Positions 50,405 to 62,009 of a stretch of DNA of 64,000 bases are shown here, in pieces. Position numbers and translations under genes: made by a program. The stretch lies in contig JBNGDP010000001.1 in assembly GCA_049975345.1 (NCBI GenBank), positions 32,907 to 96,906 of the forward strand, written 5' to 3'. This DNA is from Oceanipulchritudo sp. (GTDB lineage: Bacteria > Verrucomicrobiota > Verrucomicrobiia > Opitutales > Oceanipulchritudinaceae). The stretch's first letter is position 1; each line of letters begins with the position of its first letter. The notes under the pieces were generated by a model. That model did not search any database and was not told the origin of the DNA. It worked only from the letters and a program-made list of their open reading frames with translations.

Positions 50405-51457
50405 CTAGTGGAGGCCCATTTTCTCCATGATGCGCTGCAAGTCATCGTTGCCGTAGTACTCAATGATGATCCGGCCCTTTTTCGGCGTGTGTTTCAGCAC
50501 GACGCGGGTGCTGAAGGTTGAGGAAAGCTGTTTCTGAAGATCGTTGATGGCCACTTCCTCGTCCGCGGGAACCGGGGATCGCGATTTGCCGGGCCGCTCG
50601 GCCCGTGACTTGAGGCGCTCAACCTGGCGTTCGAGGTCCCGAACGCTCCATCCCCGCTCGATGGACTCGCGTGCGAGCAGGAGGCGGTTTTCGGGATTCT
50701 CCAGTCCGAGGAGCACCTTGGCATGACCAACGGAGACAAGCCCCTTGATGAGGTAGCCCTGGATCTCGCGGGCCAGCTGCAGGAGGCGCAGGGCATTGGC
50801 CACGGAGGCACGGCTGCGCCCGACCCGTTCAGCGGCCTGCTCCTGGGTGAGGTCGAAGTCCTTCATGAGGCTGGCGTACCCCATGGCCTCCTCGATGGGG
50901 TTCAGGTCTTCGCGCTGCAGGTTCTCGATGAGGGAGAGGACGGCGCTGGAGGATTCGGAGGCCTCGATCACCCGGGCCGGAATCTGTTTCAACTTCAGGC
51001 TCTGACAGGCGCGCCAGCGACGCTCGCCGGCCACCAGCTCGAACTTGTCCTCCCGCTTGCGCACCACAACCGGCTGCAGCAGTCCCTCGGACCGGATGCT
51101 GTCGGCAAGCTCCTTGAGGCTGTCCTCGGGGAATTCCCTCCTTGGCTGGTGCGGATTGGGGATGATGCGGTTGACCGCAATCTCATACAGCCCGAGGGCC
51201 GTCTCCCGCGGTTCCGCATCCTCCTTGCCCGGAAAGGGGATCGTTCCTTCCGGAAGGGTCGCGCCCGCCGATGCCGGTTGTTTCGGATCGGCCTTGGTTT
51301 TGCGCGCCGGGGCCGCCTTCTTCCTTGAATTGCTTTTCTTTTTGGCGGTTTTGCCCGGGCTTTTCGCGGTTTTTTTTCCGCCGGACGAGGGCTGCGGGGA
51401 GACGCCCCCGCTGATCAGTGAGCCCAGTCCTCTTCCCAATCCTGTCTTCTTGGTCAT
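50405..51457 (-). CDS. parB: ParB/Spo0J chromosome partitioning protein with a basic N-terminal insertion
   Basis: GLGRGLGSLI, PNPHQPRREF, LLQPVVVR, GERRWRA, ENLQREDLNPIEEA, VGRSRASVANALRLL. Confidence 0.94.
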   Translation of the reverse strand: MTKKTGLGRGLGSLISGGVSPQPSSGGKKTAKSPGKTAKKKSNSRKKAAPARKTKADPKQPASAGATLPEGTIPFPGKEDAEPRETALGLYEIAVNRIIPNPHQPRREFPEDSLKELADSIRSEGLLQPVVVRKREDKFELVAGERRWRACQSLKLKQIPARVIEASESSSAVLSLIENLQREDLNPIEEAMGYASLMKDFDLTQEQAAERVGRSRASVANALRLLQLAREIQGYLIKGLVSVGHAKVLLGLENPENRLLLARESIERGWSVRDLERQVERLKSRAERPGKSRSPVPADEEVAINDLQKQLSSTFSTRVVLKHTPKKGRIIIEYYGNDDLQRIMEKMGLH

Positions 51458-51461
51458 GTCG

Positions 51462-52070
51462 TTAATTTTTCAAGGGGATAAACAACTCCTGTCCCGGATA
51501 AATGATATCCGAGGAAAGCCGGTTCGCATTGCGGATCCAATCCACCTTTGACCCGAGCTGCCGGGCGATGCGCGCCAGGGTATCGCCGCTTTTCACCGTG
51601 TAGGTCGTACCCGTGCGGGGATAATCATCACTGAAGACGATCACCTGCTCCAGCTGCGGCTGCCCTTCAATGGCCTTGGAGAGTGCGCTGATGGCTTTCT
51701 GGGTCTGCTCGGCGAGCGCCTCGATCTCCTTCGAAACCTCGTTCACGAGGGTTTGCCGGCTTTGCTGGTTGACCGACTGGATCCGGTTTTCAAATTCCCG
51801 CAGCACCCCGTTCAGCTGTTCGATGCTCACGGAGTCGCTGGTTCCTCCGGCCAGCTGCTCCTGGACCCATTGCCGGGTTTCCCGGTTTTCCCGGCGGAGG
51901 GCTTCCACCTCGAGACGAAGGGACCGGATGACCTGGTCGAGGCGGTCGACATCGCTGCGGAGATTGGCCAACTGGACATTGACCGGCGACATCTGGGCCT
52001 GCACGGGAACGGCAAGAAGGCCGATGCCCCCGGCCAGGAGCATCAGGAGTCGAAAAGGTCTGCGGTTCAT
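51462..52070 (-). CDS. Secreted coiled-coil protein with C-terminal LysM domain
   Basis: Signal peptide (LLAVPVQA), heptad coiled coil, YTVKSGDTLARIA...IRNANRLSSDIIYPGQELFIP. Confidence 0.88.
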   Translation of the reverse strand: MNRRPFRLLMLLAGGIGLLAVPVQAQMSPVNVQLANLRSDVDRLDQVIRSLRLEVEALRRENRETRQWVQEQLAGGTSDSVSIEQLNGVLREFENRIQSVNQQSRQTLVNEVSKEIEALAEQTQKAISALSKAIEGQPQLEQVIVFSDDYPRTGTTYTVKSGDTLARIARQLGSKVDWIRNANRLSSDIIYPGQELFIPLKN

Positions 52071-52134
52071 AAGAAGGGGTATTGTCAAAAATACGGGGAG
52101 GGTCAACGACCTAAAAGGGGTCGGCCTGTGAATT

Positions 52135-53127
52135 TCATTGCCTTCGGAAGGGAAAGGGGCGCCCGGATTCAAGCGGCCTCATTTCGCGACTCTCCAGAAG
52201 GGAACCCTCGGGAATGGAAAAGCCGCGCAGAAAGTCATCGGCAGCCATCGGCCTGCCTCCCGGACGCTGCAGGGTGATCAGGTGCAGCGCCCCCACGCCG
52301 CAGGCGATGCAGGCACGGCCCGCGGTCGAGATGAAGAAATGTCCGGGAGGGCCGGGGGAAACACCCTCCTCCACGGCCCCGGCCTCCAGAACACGGATTT
52401 CGGTGTCATGGAAGGGAAAACGGGTTCCCGGCCATGGCTGGAAGGCCCTCACACGGTTGGCTAACCCCCTTGCCGGGGCATTGAAATCAAGGTGGCAATC
52501 CTCCTTGTCGATGATGCGGCAGTACGTCACCTCCGTCTCGTCCTGCTCGACAAAGCGCAGGGTTGCCCCGGCCAGGCCCCGGAGGCCCCGTTCAACGAGG
52601 GGAACGCTGGCCCGCGCCAGTTTGTCATGAACCGTGAGGGAAGTGTCCTCCGGACAGACGGGGATCGTCTCCCTGTCGCAAACCGGTCCCGCGTCCAGCT
52701 TGGGAATGATGCGCATCAGGCTGATGCCGGTTTCCGCGAGCCCGAGCGCCACGGCGGTGTGGATCGGGGAAGGACCCCGAAGGCGGGGCAAGAGGGAGGC
52801 GTGAAGGTTCAGTACGCCAAGCGGCGGTTGTTCAAGGAAGCTCTTCGGAAGAATCTGCCCGTAAGCCATGACCAGGACATGGTCGATGGCCTTGCGCGCC
52901 AGGTACTCCACCTCCTGCGGACCGCACTTGAGCGGCTGGTGAACCGGCAGGCCGTGCTCCAGCGCCCATTGCTTGACGGCGTTCGGCCGGAGGTGCATTC
53001 CCCTTCCGCTTGGCCGGTCCGGCTGGGTGAATACCGATTCCAGCTCGAATCCCGCCGGGTTCCCTTCCAGAAGGGCATCCAGCAAGGGAAGGGCGATCGG
53101 ATCGGATCCCATGAAGACCAGCTTCAC
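52135..53127 (-). CDS. fmt: Methionyl-tRNA formyltransferase
   Basis: VFMGSDP, VFTQPDRPSGRG, VMAYGQILP, NLHASLLPRLRGPSPI, LDAGP. Confidence 0.95.
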   Translation of the reverse strand: MKLVFMGSDPIALPLLDALLEGNPAGFELESVFTQPDRPSGRGMHLRPNAVKQWALEHGLPVHQPLKCGPQEVEYLARKAIDHVLVMAYGQILPKSFLEQPPLGVLNLHASLLPRLRGPSPIHTAVALGLAETGISLMRIIPKLDAGPVCDRETIPVCPEDTSLTVHDKLARASVPLVERGLRGLAGATLRFVEQDETEVTYCRIIDKEDCHLDFNAPARGLANRVRAFQPWPGTRFPFHDTEIRVLEAGAVEEGVSPGPPGHFFISTAGRACIACGVGALHLITLQRPGGRPMAADDFLRGFSIPEGSLLESREMRPLESGRPFPFRRQ

Positions 53128-54530
53128 CGCCTGGATCCTTTCTTCCGCACCTCCGCGTAGCGCTTTTCCTTTCCCTTCAACTCAAAGCGAACCGGGCAGC
53201 CTTCCAGACGGAAATCCCGGATCAGTCCGTTCTGCAGGTACCGTCGGTAGCTGTCGTCCAGCTTGGTGGCACGGTTGCAGAAAATGCGGAAGACGAAGGG
53301 GCGGTTGCCGGTCTGCACCGTGTAATAGGCCTTGAAACGCTTGTTGTCGAGGTATCGGGGCTGGCGCTTCTCGAACAGCGAATGCACCAGGTTGTTCAGC
53401 TTCGGGGTCGGCAGGCGGCGCCCCGATTTCTCCCATAGGGTGCGGGCCACCTTGAGGACGCGGTCCATCGCGAACCCGCGCAATGCCGACACAAAAAGCA
53501 CGGGGCTGTCGGGCAGGAAAAAGATCTCCTCGAGAGCCTTGCCGGCATAGGCTTTCCGGAACTCGGCGATGTTCCCGTACCCCTCCGGATGTTTGGCCCG
53601 GAACTGGTCGATGGCCTGGTCCCATTTGTTGACGATCAAAGCGACGCTTTTGCCGGCCTCGATGATTTCCCCGGCAAGGGCCTTGTCCTGCCGCGTGACC
53701 CCCGATTCCGCGTCAATCACAAGGAAGACGATGTCCGAACGCTCGATGGCGTCGCGGGTCCGGACCGTGCTGAAATATTCGATCGAGTGGCTCACCCGCT
53801 TGCGGCGGCGCAATCCGGCGGTGTCCACCAGGCGGAAAGGAAGGACCCCCCCGTCCGGGGCCTCGAAATCCAGGTCCAGCATGACGCTGTCCCGCGTCGT
53901 TCCCGGCACCTCGCTGACCACGAGGCGCTCATCCTTCAGGAGAAAATTGCAGAGGCTCGATTTCCCCACGTTGGGCCTCCCCACGAAGGCCAGATGGATG
54001 CGGTGCGCCTCCTCCTCCTGCGCCTCCTCCCCGGGGGGCGGGCCGATCCGCTCCTCGATGGCCGATTCCAGCGAACGGGCGTTGTATCCATGCTCGGCGG
54101 AAACGGGAACGGGGTCGCCGAAGCCGAGGTTCTCAAACTCGACCACCCGGTCCTCGAGTCCCTCGTGGTCGATCTTGTTGACGACCAGGACAACCTTCTT
54201 GCCGCTCGCGCGCAGCTTTTCCGCAATCGTCTGGTCAAGCGCGGTCAGGCCCTCGCGCCCGTCCACGATGAAACAGATCAGCTCGGAGGCCTCCACGGCC
54301 AGCCATACCTGGGCCTCCGCCGCGGCGATCAGCTTCTCGTGGTCCATGTCCGCGACCAGCCCGATCCCGCCGGTGTCCATGAGCGTGTAGTGGCGGTTCA
54401 CTACAGTGGAGTTGACATCCCTGGTGACGCCCGCCTGGTCGTGGACGATGGCCAGACGGCGGCCGGCCAGGCGGTTGTAAAGACGGCTCTTGCCGACATT
54501 GGGCCTGCCCACAAGGGCGACGGTTGCCAT
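53124..54530 (-). CDS. der: Ribosome biogenesis GTPase Der/EngA
   Basis: Two G domains (GRPNVGKS twice, DTGG, DTAGLRR, NKID/NKWD); start at 54530 or 54539. Confidence 0.96.
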   Translation of the reverse strand: MATVALVGRPNVGKSRLYNRLAGRRLAIVHDQAGVTRDVNSTVVNRHYTLMDTGGIGLVADMDHEKLIAAAEAQVWLAVEASELICFIVDGREGLTALDQTIAEKLRASGKKVVLVVNKIDHEGLEDRVVEFENLGFGDPVPVSAEHGYNARSLESAIEERIGPPPGEEAQEEEAHRIHLAFVGRPNVGKSSLCNFLLKDERLVVSEVPGTTRDSVMLDLDFEAPDGGVLPFRLVDTAGLRRRKRVSHSIEYFSTVRTRDAIERSDIVFLVIDAESGVTRQDKALAGEIIEAGKSVALIVNKWDQAIDQFRAKHPEGYGNIAEFRKAYAGKALEEIFFLPDSPVLFVSALRGFAMDRVLKVARTLWEKSGRRLPTPKLNNLVHSLFEKRQPRYLDNKRFKAYYTVQTGNRPFVFRIFCNRATKLDDSYRRYLQNGLIRDFRLEGCPVRFELKGKEKRYAEVRKKGSRR

Positions 54531-54548
54531 GGTCCTCATCGCGATTCC

Positions 54549-55712
54549 TCACAGGCTGTCGATAAAACGCTGCATCCGGTCGCAGGCCTCCTCGATGCGG
54601 GCGTAGCGGGTCGAGAAACTGGCGCGGACGAATTCCGTGCCGTCGCGCCCGAAGGCGGTCCCCGGCACCACCGCGACCTTTCCCTCCCGCAGCAGCCGGG
54701 TGGCGAAGGTCCTGCCGTCCAGGCCCACCGGCGTGACATCCGGAAAGGTGTAGAAGGTGGCCTGGGGAAGGTGGCAGGTGAGACCCATTTGCCGGAAACG
54801 GCGCACCAGGAAATCCCGCCGCCGCTGATAGGACTCCCGCATCGAGGCCACGGCCTCATCCGAGTTGCGCAAGGCCTCGATGCCCGCCTCCTGGACGAAG
54901 ATGGGCACGCTCATGACCGCGTACTGGTGCACCTTCATCATGGCCTCGATGATCTCGTGCGGCGCGCAGGCGTACCCGATCCGGAATCCGGTCATCGCAA
55001 AGGCCTTGGAAACCCCGTGCAGGAACACGGTCCGGTCGCGCATGCCGGGGAAGGAGGCGATGCTGACATGTTCGCCGTCGTAGGTCAGTTCCGCGTAAAT
55101 CTCGTCGCTCAGGACAATGAGATCCTTTTCCACGGCGAAGTCCGCGATCTTGCGCAGGCGTTCCCGCTCCACCACGCCACCGGTGGGGTTGGTCGGGAAA
55201 TTGAGGATCAGCAGCTTGCAACCGGGTTCCCAGGCGGCCTCGAGATCGCCCGCGCGCAGGGCGAAGGCGTCCTTCGCGTGCGTCGCCACCGGAAGGGGGA
55301 TGCCGCCGGCCAGTTGGACGCTCGGGGAATAACTTACGTAACAGGGCTCATGATAGAGCACCTTGTCCCCCGGGTTCACGAGGGCGCGGATCGCCGTGTC
55401 CATGGTCTCCGAGACCCCGATCCCGACCAGGCATTCCTTGTGCGGATCGTAGGAAAGGCCGAAGACCCGCCCGACATATTCCACCACCGCCCGGCGGAAA
55501 GCGTACAGGCCCAGATTGTCCGTGTAACTGGTCTTCCCCTTCTCAAGGGAATAAATGGCCGCCTCCCGGATATTCCACGGAGTGATGAAATCCGGCTCCC
55601 CGATCCCCAGGGAAATCGCCTCCGGCATCTGCTGCACCAGGGCGAAGAAATCCCGGATTCCGGAACGCTTCAGCTCGCGGACATGCCGCGCGATATAGTT
55701 TTCGTAGTTCAT
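54549..55712 (-). CDS. PLP-dependent class I/II aminotransferase (YugH/PatA-like)
   Basis: SGIRDFF, LGIGEPDF, NFPTNPTG, SDEIYAEL, GVSKAFAMTGFRIGY. Confidence 0.92.
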   Translation of the reverse strand: MNYENYIARHVRELKRSGIRDFFALVQQMPEAISLGIGEPDFITPWNIREAAIYSLEKGKTSYTDNLGLYAFRRAVVEYVGRVFGLSYDPHKECLVGIGVSETMDTAIRALVNPGDKVLYHEPCYVSYSPSVQLAGGIPLPVATHAKDAFALRAGDLEAAWEPGCKLLILNFPTNPTGGVVERERLRKIADFAVEKDLIVLSDEIYAELTYDGEHVSIASFPGMRDRTVFLHGVSKAFAMTGFRIGYACAPHEIIEAMMKVHQYAVMSVPIFVQEAGIEALRNSDEAVASMRESYQRRRDFLVRRFRQMGLTCHLPQATFYTFPDVTPVGLDGRTFATRLLREGKVAVVPGTAFGRDGTEFVRASFSTRYARIEEACDRMQRFIDSL

Positions 55713-55764
55713 GTTCTGGACGAGGGACGAGGACAAGGGACTTCCCACCCTTGTCCCTCGTCCG

Positions 55765-56250
55765 TCAAGGACTGACCGCCGGTTTCTCCACCTCCTCGGG
55801 GTCGCTGTTGATCATGAAGCCGTCGATCTTGTAGCAACGGAGCATGAACCGGGTGGCCGTCGACTGGACCGGTCCCAGGGTGGCCAGCTTTTCCGAGACA
55901 AAGGTGGCCACGGAGAGGAGGTTCTTCCCGCGGACAATCACCAGCAGGTCATAGCCCCCGCTCATCAGGTAGCAGGTCACGACCTGGTCGAAACGGGCGA
56001 TGCGCTCGGCGATCCGGTTGAAGCCTCCCTCCCGCTCGGGAACGATCGAGACCTCGATCAGGGCATGGACCTCGTTCTCGGCAACGGCCCCGGGATTGAT
56101 CACGGGCCGCCAGCCCAGCAGCATCTGCTCCTCCTCCAGCTTGGCCAGAGTGGCCTCGATCTCCTTCTCGCTGACACCCAGCACGGAGGCCATCGCTTCA
56201 GTCCGCACCGCTTCACCCTCAAGGAGCAGTTTCAAAACATCTTTGATCAT
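55765..56250 (-). CDS. Lrp/AsnC family regulator (YugG-like)
   Basis: N-terminal HTH; EREGGFNRIAERIARF...YLMSGGYDL...FVSEKL...STATRF...VSP C-terminus. Confidence 0.9.
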   Translation of the reverse strand: MIKDVLKLLLEGEAVRTEAMASVLGVSEKEIEATLAKLEEEQMLLGWRPVINPGAVAENEVHALIEVSIVPEREGGFNRIAERIARFDQVVTCYLMSGGYDLLVIVRGKNLLSVATFVSEKLATLGPVQSTATRFMLRCYKIDGFMINSDPEEVEKPAVSP

Positions 56251-56348
56251 GACCCGGCACTATGGGCATTCCCCGCTTCGCATGCACGTATTTTTTTTCG
56301 ATGGGTGGATCTTGCCAGTCCCGGCGGCCGGCCCCATTGAATAGGGCG

Positions 56349-57347
56349 ATGTCTCCTTCCATCCCCAGGGAAACCGATGCGCGGATCTCGGCCGCCTTGC
56401 ACCGCCGCCTTGAAGCGGGCTCGGACTTCCTGTACCTCGACCGCTACATTGAATGCGTCCTTTATGACCCGGAAGCGGGGTACTACCGCCGGGCGCGGGA
56501 ACGGGTCGGGTACCGTGCCGGGACCGATTTCTACACCGCCTCCAGCCTCGGGGAGGTTTTTTCGCACCTGGTCCTCGCCTCCGTGCGCTCCCTCTGCCCC
56601 GCTCCCTTGCGCGATCACGCTTTCGTGGAGGCCGGTCCGGAGTCGGAAACCGGCATCCTTGGAGGCATTCCGGAATCCCCTTTCCGGGAACACCGGATGA
56701 TCCTCCCGGGAGAAACCATCGAGATCCCGGACAAGGCGGTGTTCTTTTCCAATGAACTGTTCGACGCCCAGCCCTTCCGGCGTTTCATCCGCTCCGGCGG
56801 GGCATGGTCGGAGATCGGGGTCCGTCTGCGGGATACCACCCTGCAACCCGTTGCTCTTCGCCCGAGAGAGCCCTTCCCTTCCCTTCCCGGGAATCTGCCC
56901 GATGGCTACACCATCGACTGGCCCTCCGGCGCGCACGCCCTGCTCGAACAAATCTGCCGGCCCGATTGGAAAGGGCTCTTCCTCGCCTTCGACTACGGAC
57001 TGGGCCGGGAAACCGTCTTCCGCGAACGCCCCGAAGGCACAGGCCGGACCTACGCCGGGCACACCATGGGAATTGACTTCCTTCAGGATGCCGGACAGCG
57101 GGACATCACCTGCCACATGATCTGGGAGGAAATGGAGGAGATCCTGCGCCGCCATCGGTTCACCCGCATTTCCCTCGAATGGCAGGAATCCTTCTTCATG
57201 CATCATGCCCGGCCGGTCATTCGCGAAATCCTCGAGGCCGCCCCCGCGGGCTTTTCCCCCGCGAAACAAACCTTGATGGAGCTGCTGCATCCCGATAACA
57301 TGGGACACAAGTTCCAGGTCCTGAGTGCGATTCGCGGGATTGGCTAA
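56349..57347 (+). CDS. SAM-dependent methyltransferase, MidA/NDUFAF7 family
   Basis: LYDPEAGYY, DFYTASS, FSNELFDAQP, FDYG, DITCH, MGHKFQVL. Confidence 0.88.
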   Translation: MSPSIPRETDARISAALHRRLEAGSDFLYLDRYIECVLYDPEAGYYRRARERVGYRAGTDFYTASSLGEVFSHLVLASVRSLCPAPLRDHAFVEAGPESETGILGGIPESPFREHRMILPGETIEIPDKAVFFSNELFDAQPFRRFIRSGGAWSEIGVRLRDTTLQPVALRPREPFPSLPGNLPDGYTIDWPSGAHALLEQICRPDWKGLFLAFDYGLGRETVFRERPEGTGRTYAGHTMGIDFLQDAGQRDITCHMIWEEMEEILRRHRFTRISLEWQESFFMHHARPVIREILEAAPAGFSPAKQTLMELLHPDNMGHKFQVLSAIRGIG

Positions 57348-57354
57348 AAAAAAC

Positions 57355-57382
57355 TTGCCATCGCGGGTCGTCGACCTACCTT
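57355..57382 (+). promoter_or_regulatory. Putative sigma70 promoter for rpmB
   Basis: TTGCCA-N16-TACCTT; CAGGAG SD downstream. Confidence 0.6.
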
Positions 57383-57410
57383 GAGCCGCTTTTCCACAGG
57401 AGATCATACC

Positions 57411-57641
57411 ATGGCACGCATTTGTTCAGTCACCGGTAAACGCCGGACCACCGGCAGCAAGATCCACCGCAAGGGCCTCACCAAGAAGAGCGGCGGCATC
57501 GGCACCCACATCGCCAAGATCACCAAGCGCACCTTCAAGCCCAACGTGCAGCGCGTCCGCGTTCGCATGCCCAACGGGCAGGTCAAGCGCGTCTGGGTTT
57601 CCGCCAAGGCCCTCAAGGCCGGCCTCGTCGAAAAGGCCTGA
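57411..57641 (+). CDS. rpmB: 50S ribosomal protein L28
   Basis: MARICSVTGK...TKRTFKPNVQRVR...RVWVSAKALK. Confidence 0.96.
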   Translation: MARICSVTGKRRTTGSKIHRKGLTKKSGGIGTHIAKITKRTFKPNVQRVRVRMPNGQVKRVWVSAKALKAGLVEKA

Positions 57642-57666
57642 GCGCGGCTTCCAGCCTTTTGATGCC

Positions 57667-57700
57667 AAACCGGCCGCTTCCCCCGCTGCCGGTTTTTTAT
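57667..57700 (+). terminator. Intrinsic terminator after rpmB (possibly bidirectional)
   Basis: AAACCGGC 57667-74 / GCCGGTTT 57687-94, followed by a T run. Confidence 0.7.
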
Positions 57701-57722
57701 TTCCCGGGCCCGATTGCTCGGT

Positions 57723-58484
57723 TCAGATCGAGGGATCGAACCACTGCAGCGTTTCACCAAGTCGGGCCACTTCGCCGATAATGACCACCGCGGGCGCCCC
57801 CAGGCCCGCTTCCTTCACCCGCCAGGCAATGTCAGCGAGGGTCCCCCGCACCGATTTCTGCCGGGGTGTCGTTCCCCACTCCACCACGCTGGCCGGCGTC
57901 CCCGCCGCGCGCCCTCCGTCAACCAACCTCCGGCAAATCTCCTCCAGCCGCCCCATCGACATGTACAGCACCAGCGTCGCCCCGCTGCGCGCGTGCGCCT
58001 CCCAGTCCACCATGCTCTCCCCCTTGTCCGGTTGCTCGTGCCCGGATATGAACGTCACCGCGCTGCTCCATTCCCGGTGGGTCAACGGGATCCCGCAGTA
58101 GGCCGCGCATCCGAGCGCCGCCGTCACCGCCGGTACCACTTCATACCGGATCCCCGCCCGCCGCAGCGCCTCCGCCTCCTCCCCGCCCCGGCCGAATATG
58201 AACGGGTCCCCGCCCTTCAGACGCACCACCCGCCGACCCCTCCCTGCCAGCGCGATCAATAACTCCACGATCTTCTCCTGAACGATGCTGTGAAAGCCCG
58301 AACGCTTCCCCACATAGTGCAGCTCACACCCCTCCTTCACCCAGCCCTTCATCCGCTCGTCCACCAGGTAGTCGTACACAAGATCGTCACACTTCCCGAT
58401 CAGCTCCCGCCCTTTCACCGTGATCAGGTCCGGATCCCCCGGACCCGCCCCCACCAGATAGACTGCTCCCTGCGCCTCCTTCAT
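57723..58484 (-). CDS. cobA: Uroporphyrinogen-III C-methyltransferase (SUMT/CysG-A)
   Basis: [55 protein letters not shown]. Confidence 0.95.
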   Translation of the reverse strand: MKEAQGAVYLVGAGPGDPDLITVKGRELIGKCDDLVYDYLVDERMKGWVKEGCELHYVGKRSGFHSIVQEKIVELLIALAGRGRRVVRLKGGDPFIFGRGGEEAEALRRAGIRYEVVPAVTAALGCAAYCGIPLTHREWSSAVTFISGHEQPDKGESMVDWEAHARSGATLVLYMSMGRLEEICRRLVDGGRAAGTPASVVEWGTTPRQKSVRGTLADIAWRVKEAGLGAPAVVIIGEVARLGETLQWFDPSI

Positions 58485-58593
58485 CGCCTCCCCCTATTCC
58501 CTACCCCCACTCCCGCCTGCCTGTCGATGCCCCTTTTATGGATTTTTGCTTGTCAAAACAAAGTTAATCAATAGTTCATTACCTAATATTGTC

Positions 58594-59316
58594 ATGATTA
58601 CGGGAAAAACAAGGGAAAAAAGGACTGTGGCGGGCTGGCTGGAGGGGCTGGGGGCGGAAGAGCGTGTGGCGTGGGCTCTGGAGCGGTACGGGGAAAGGCT
58701 GGCGCTGTCGACGAGTTTCGGGGGGCAATCGGCGGTGATGCTGCATCTGGTGACGCGGCTGAGGAGGGACATCCCGGTGATATTCGTGGACACGGGATAT
58801 TTGTTTGCGGAGACGTACCGGTATGCGGAGGAGATGCGGGAGCGGTTATCGCTGAACCTGAAGGTGGTGACCCCCTTGTGGAGTGCGGCGCGGCAGGAGG
58901 CGGTGCACGGGAGGCGCTGGGAGCAGGGGCTGGAGGGGCTGGAAGGCTACAACCGGGACAACAAGGTGGAGCCGATGAACCGGGCGCTGAAGGAACTGGG
59001 GGCGGAAGCCTGGCTGAGCGGGCTGCGGAGGAGCCAGTCCCGGTCGCGGGCGGAGTTACCGGTGGTGCAGAAGCAGAACCGGACGGTGAAGATCCACCCC
59101 ATTGTGGACTGGACGGAGAAGCAGGCCTACGCGTACATGCGGGAACACGGGCTCCCGTTCCACCCGCTCTGGGAAAAGGGGTATGTCAGCATCGGGGACT
59201 GGCACAGCACGAGGCCCCTCGCGGAGGGGATGAGCGAGGAGGAAACCCGCTTCGGTGGTCTGAAGCGGGAATGCGGGCTGCACGAAGGCAGCGGACAGGC
59301 CGACTGGCAGATCTGA
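58594..59316 (+). CDS. cysH: Phosphoadenylyl-sulfate (PAPS) reductase
   Basis: [28 protein letters not shown] (no CC pair), SGLRR, PIVDW, GYVSIGD, ECGLH. Confidence 0.93.
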   Translation: MITGKTREKRTVAGWLEGLGAEERVAWALERYGERLALSTSFGGQSAVMLHLVTRLRRDIPVIFVDTGYLFAETYRYAEEMRERLSLNLKVVTPLWSAARQEAVHGRRWEQGLEGLEGYNRDNKVEPMNRALKELGAEAWLSGLRRSQSRSRAELPVVQKQNRTVKIHPIVDWTEKQAYAYMREHGLPFHPLWEKGYVSIGDWHSTRPLAEGMSEEETRFGGLKRECGLHEGSGQADWQI

Positions 59317-59337
59317 GGGGGGGTGGGACCGGTCGGA

Positions 59338-61850
<2,513 letters not shown>

Positions 61851-62009
61851 GCTGTTTACTTTACTGGATGAGGCGGCGATGCAAACAAATTGGTCGCTGG
61901 AGCTCGCTAAATTCAGTGTTTACAGGATGCTATGCGCAACCTATCCCAGAAAGAAAAATGGAGGACCCACTCCGGTGTACCTTCCCTGTAACGTCTTAAA
62001 TCACAACTG

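Larger units (their letters stand above)
57700..59330. other. Strand-composition flip no. 3 (C-rich to G-rich on + strand), centre at the AT-rich cobA/cysH intergenic region about 58540-58600
   Basis: Hand counts: 58441-58500 31 C/9 G; 58621-58680 10 C/34 G. Confidence 0.85.
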
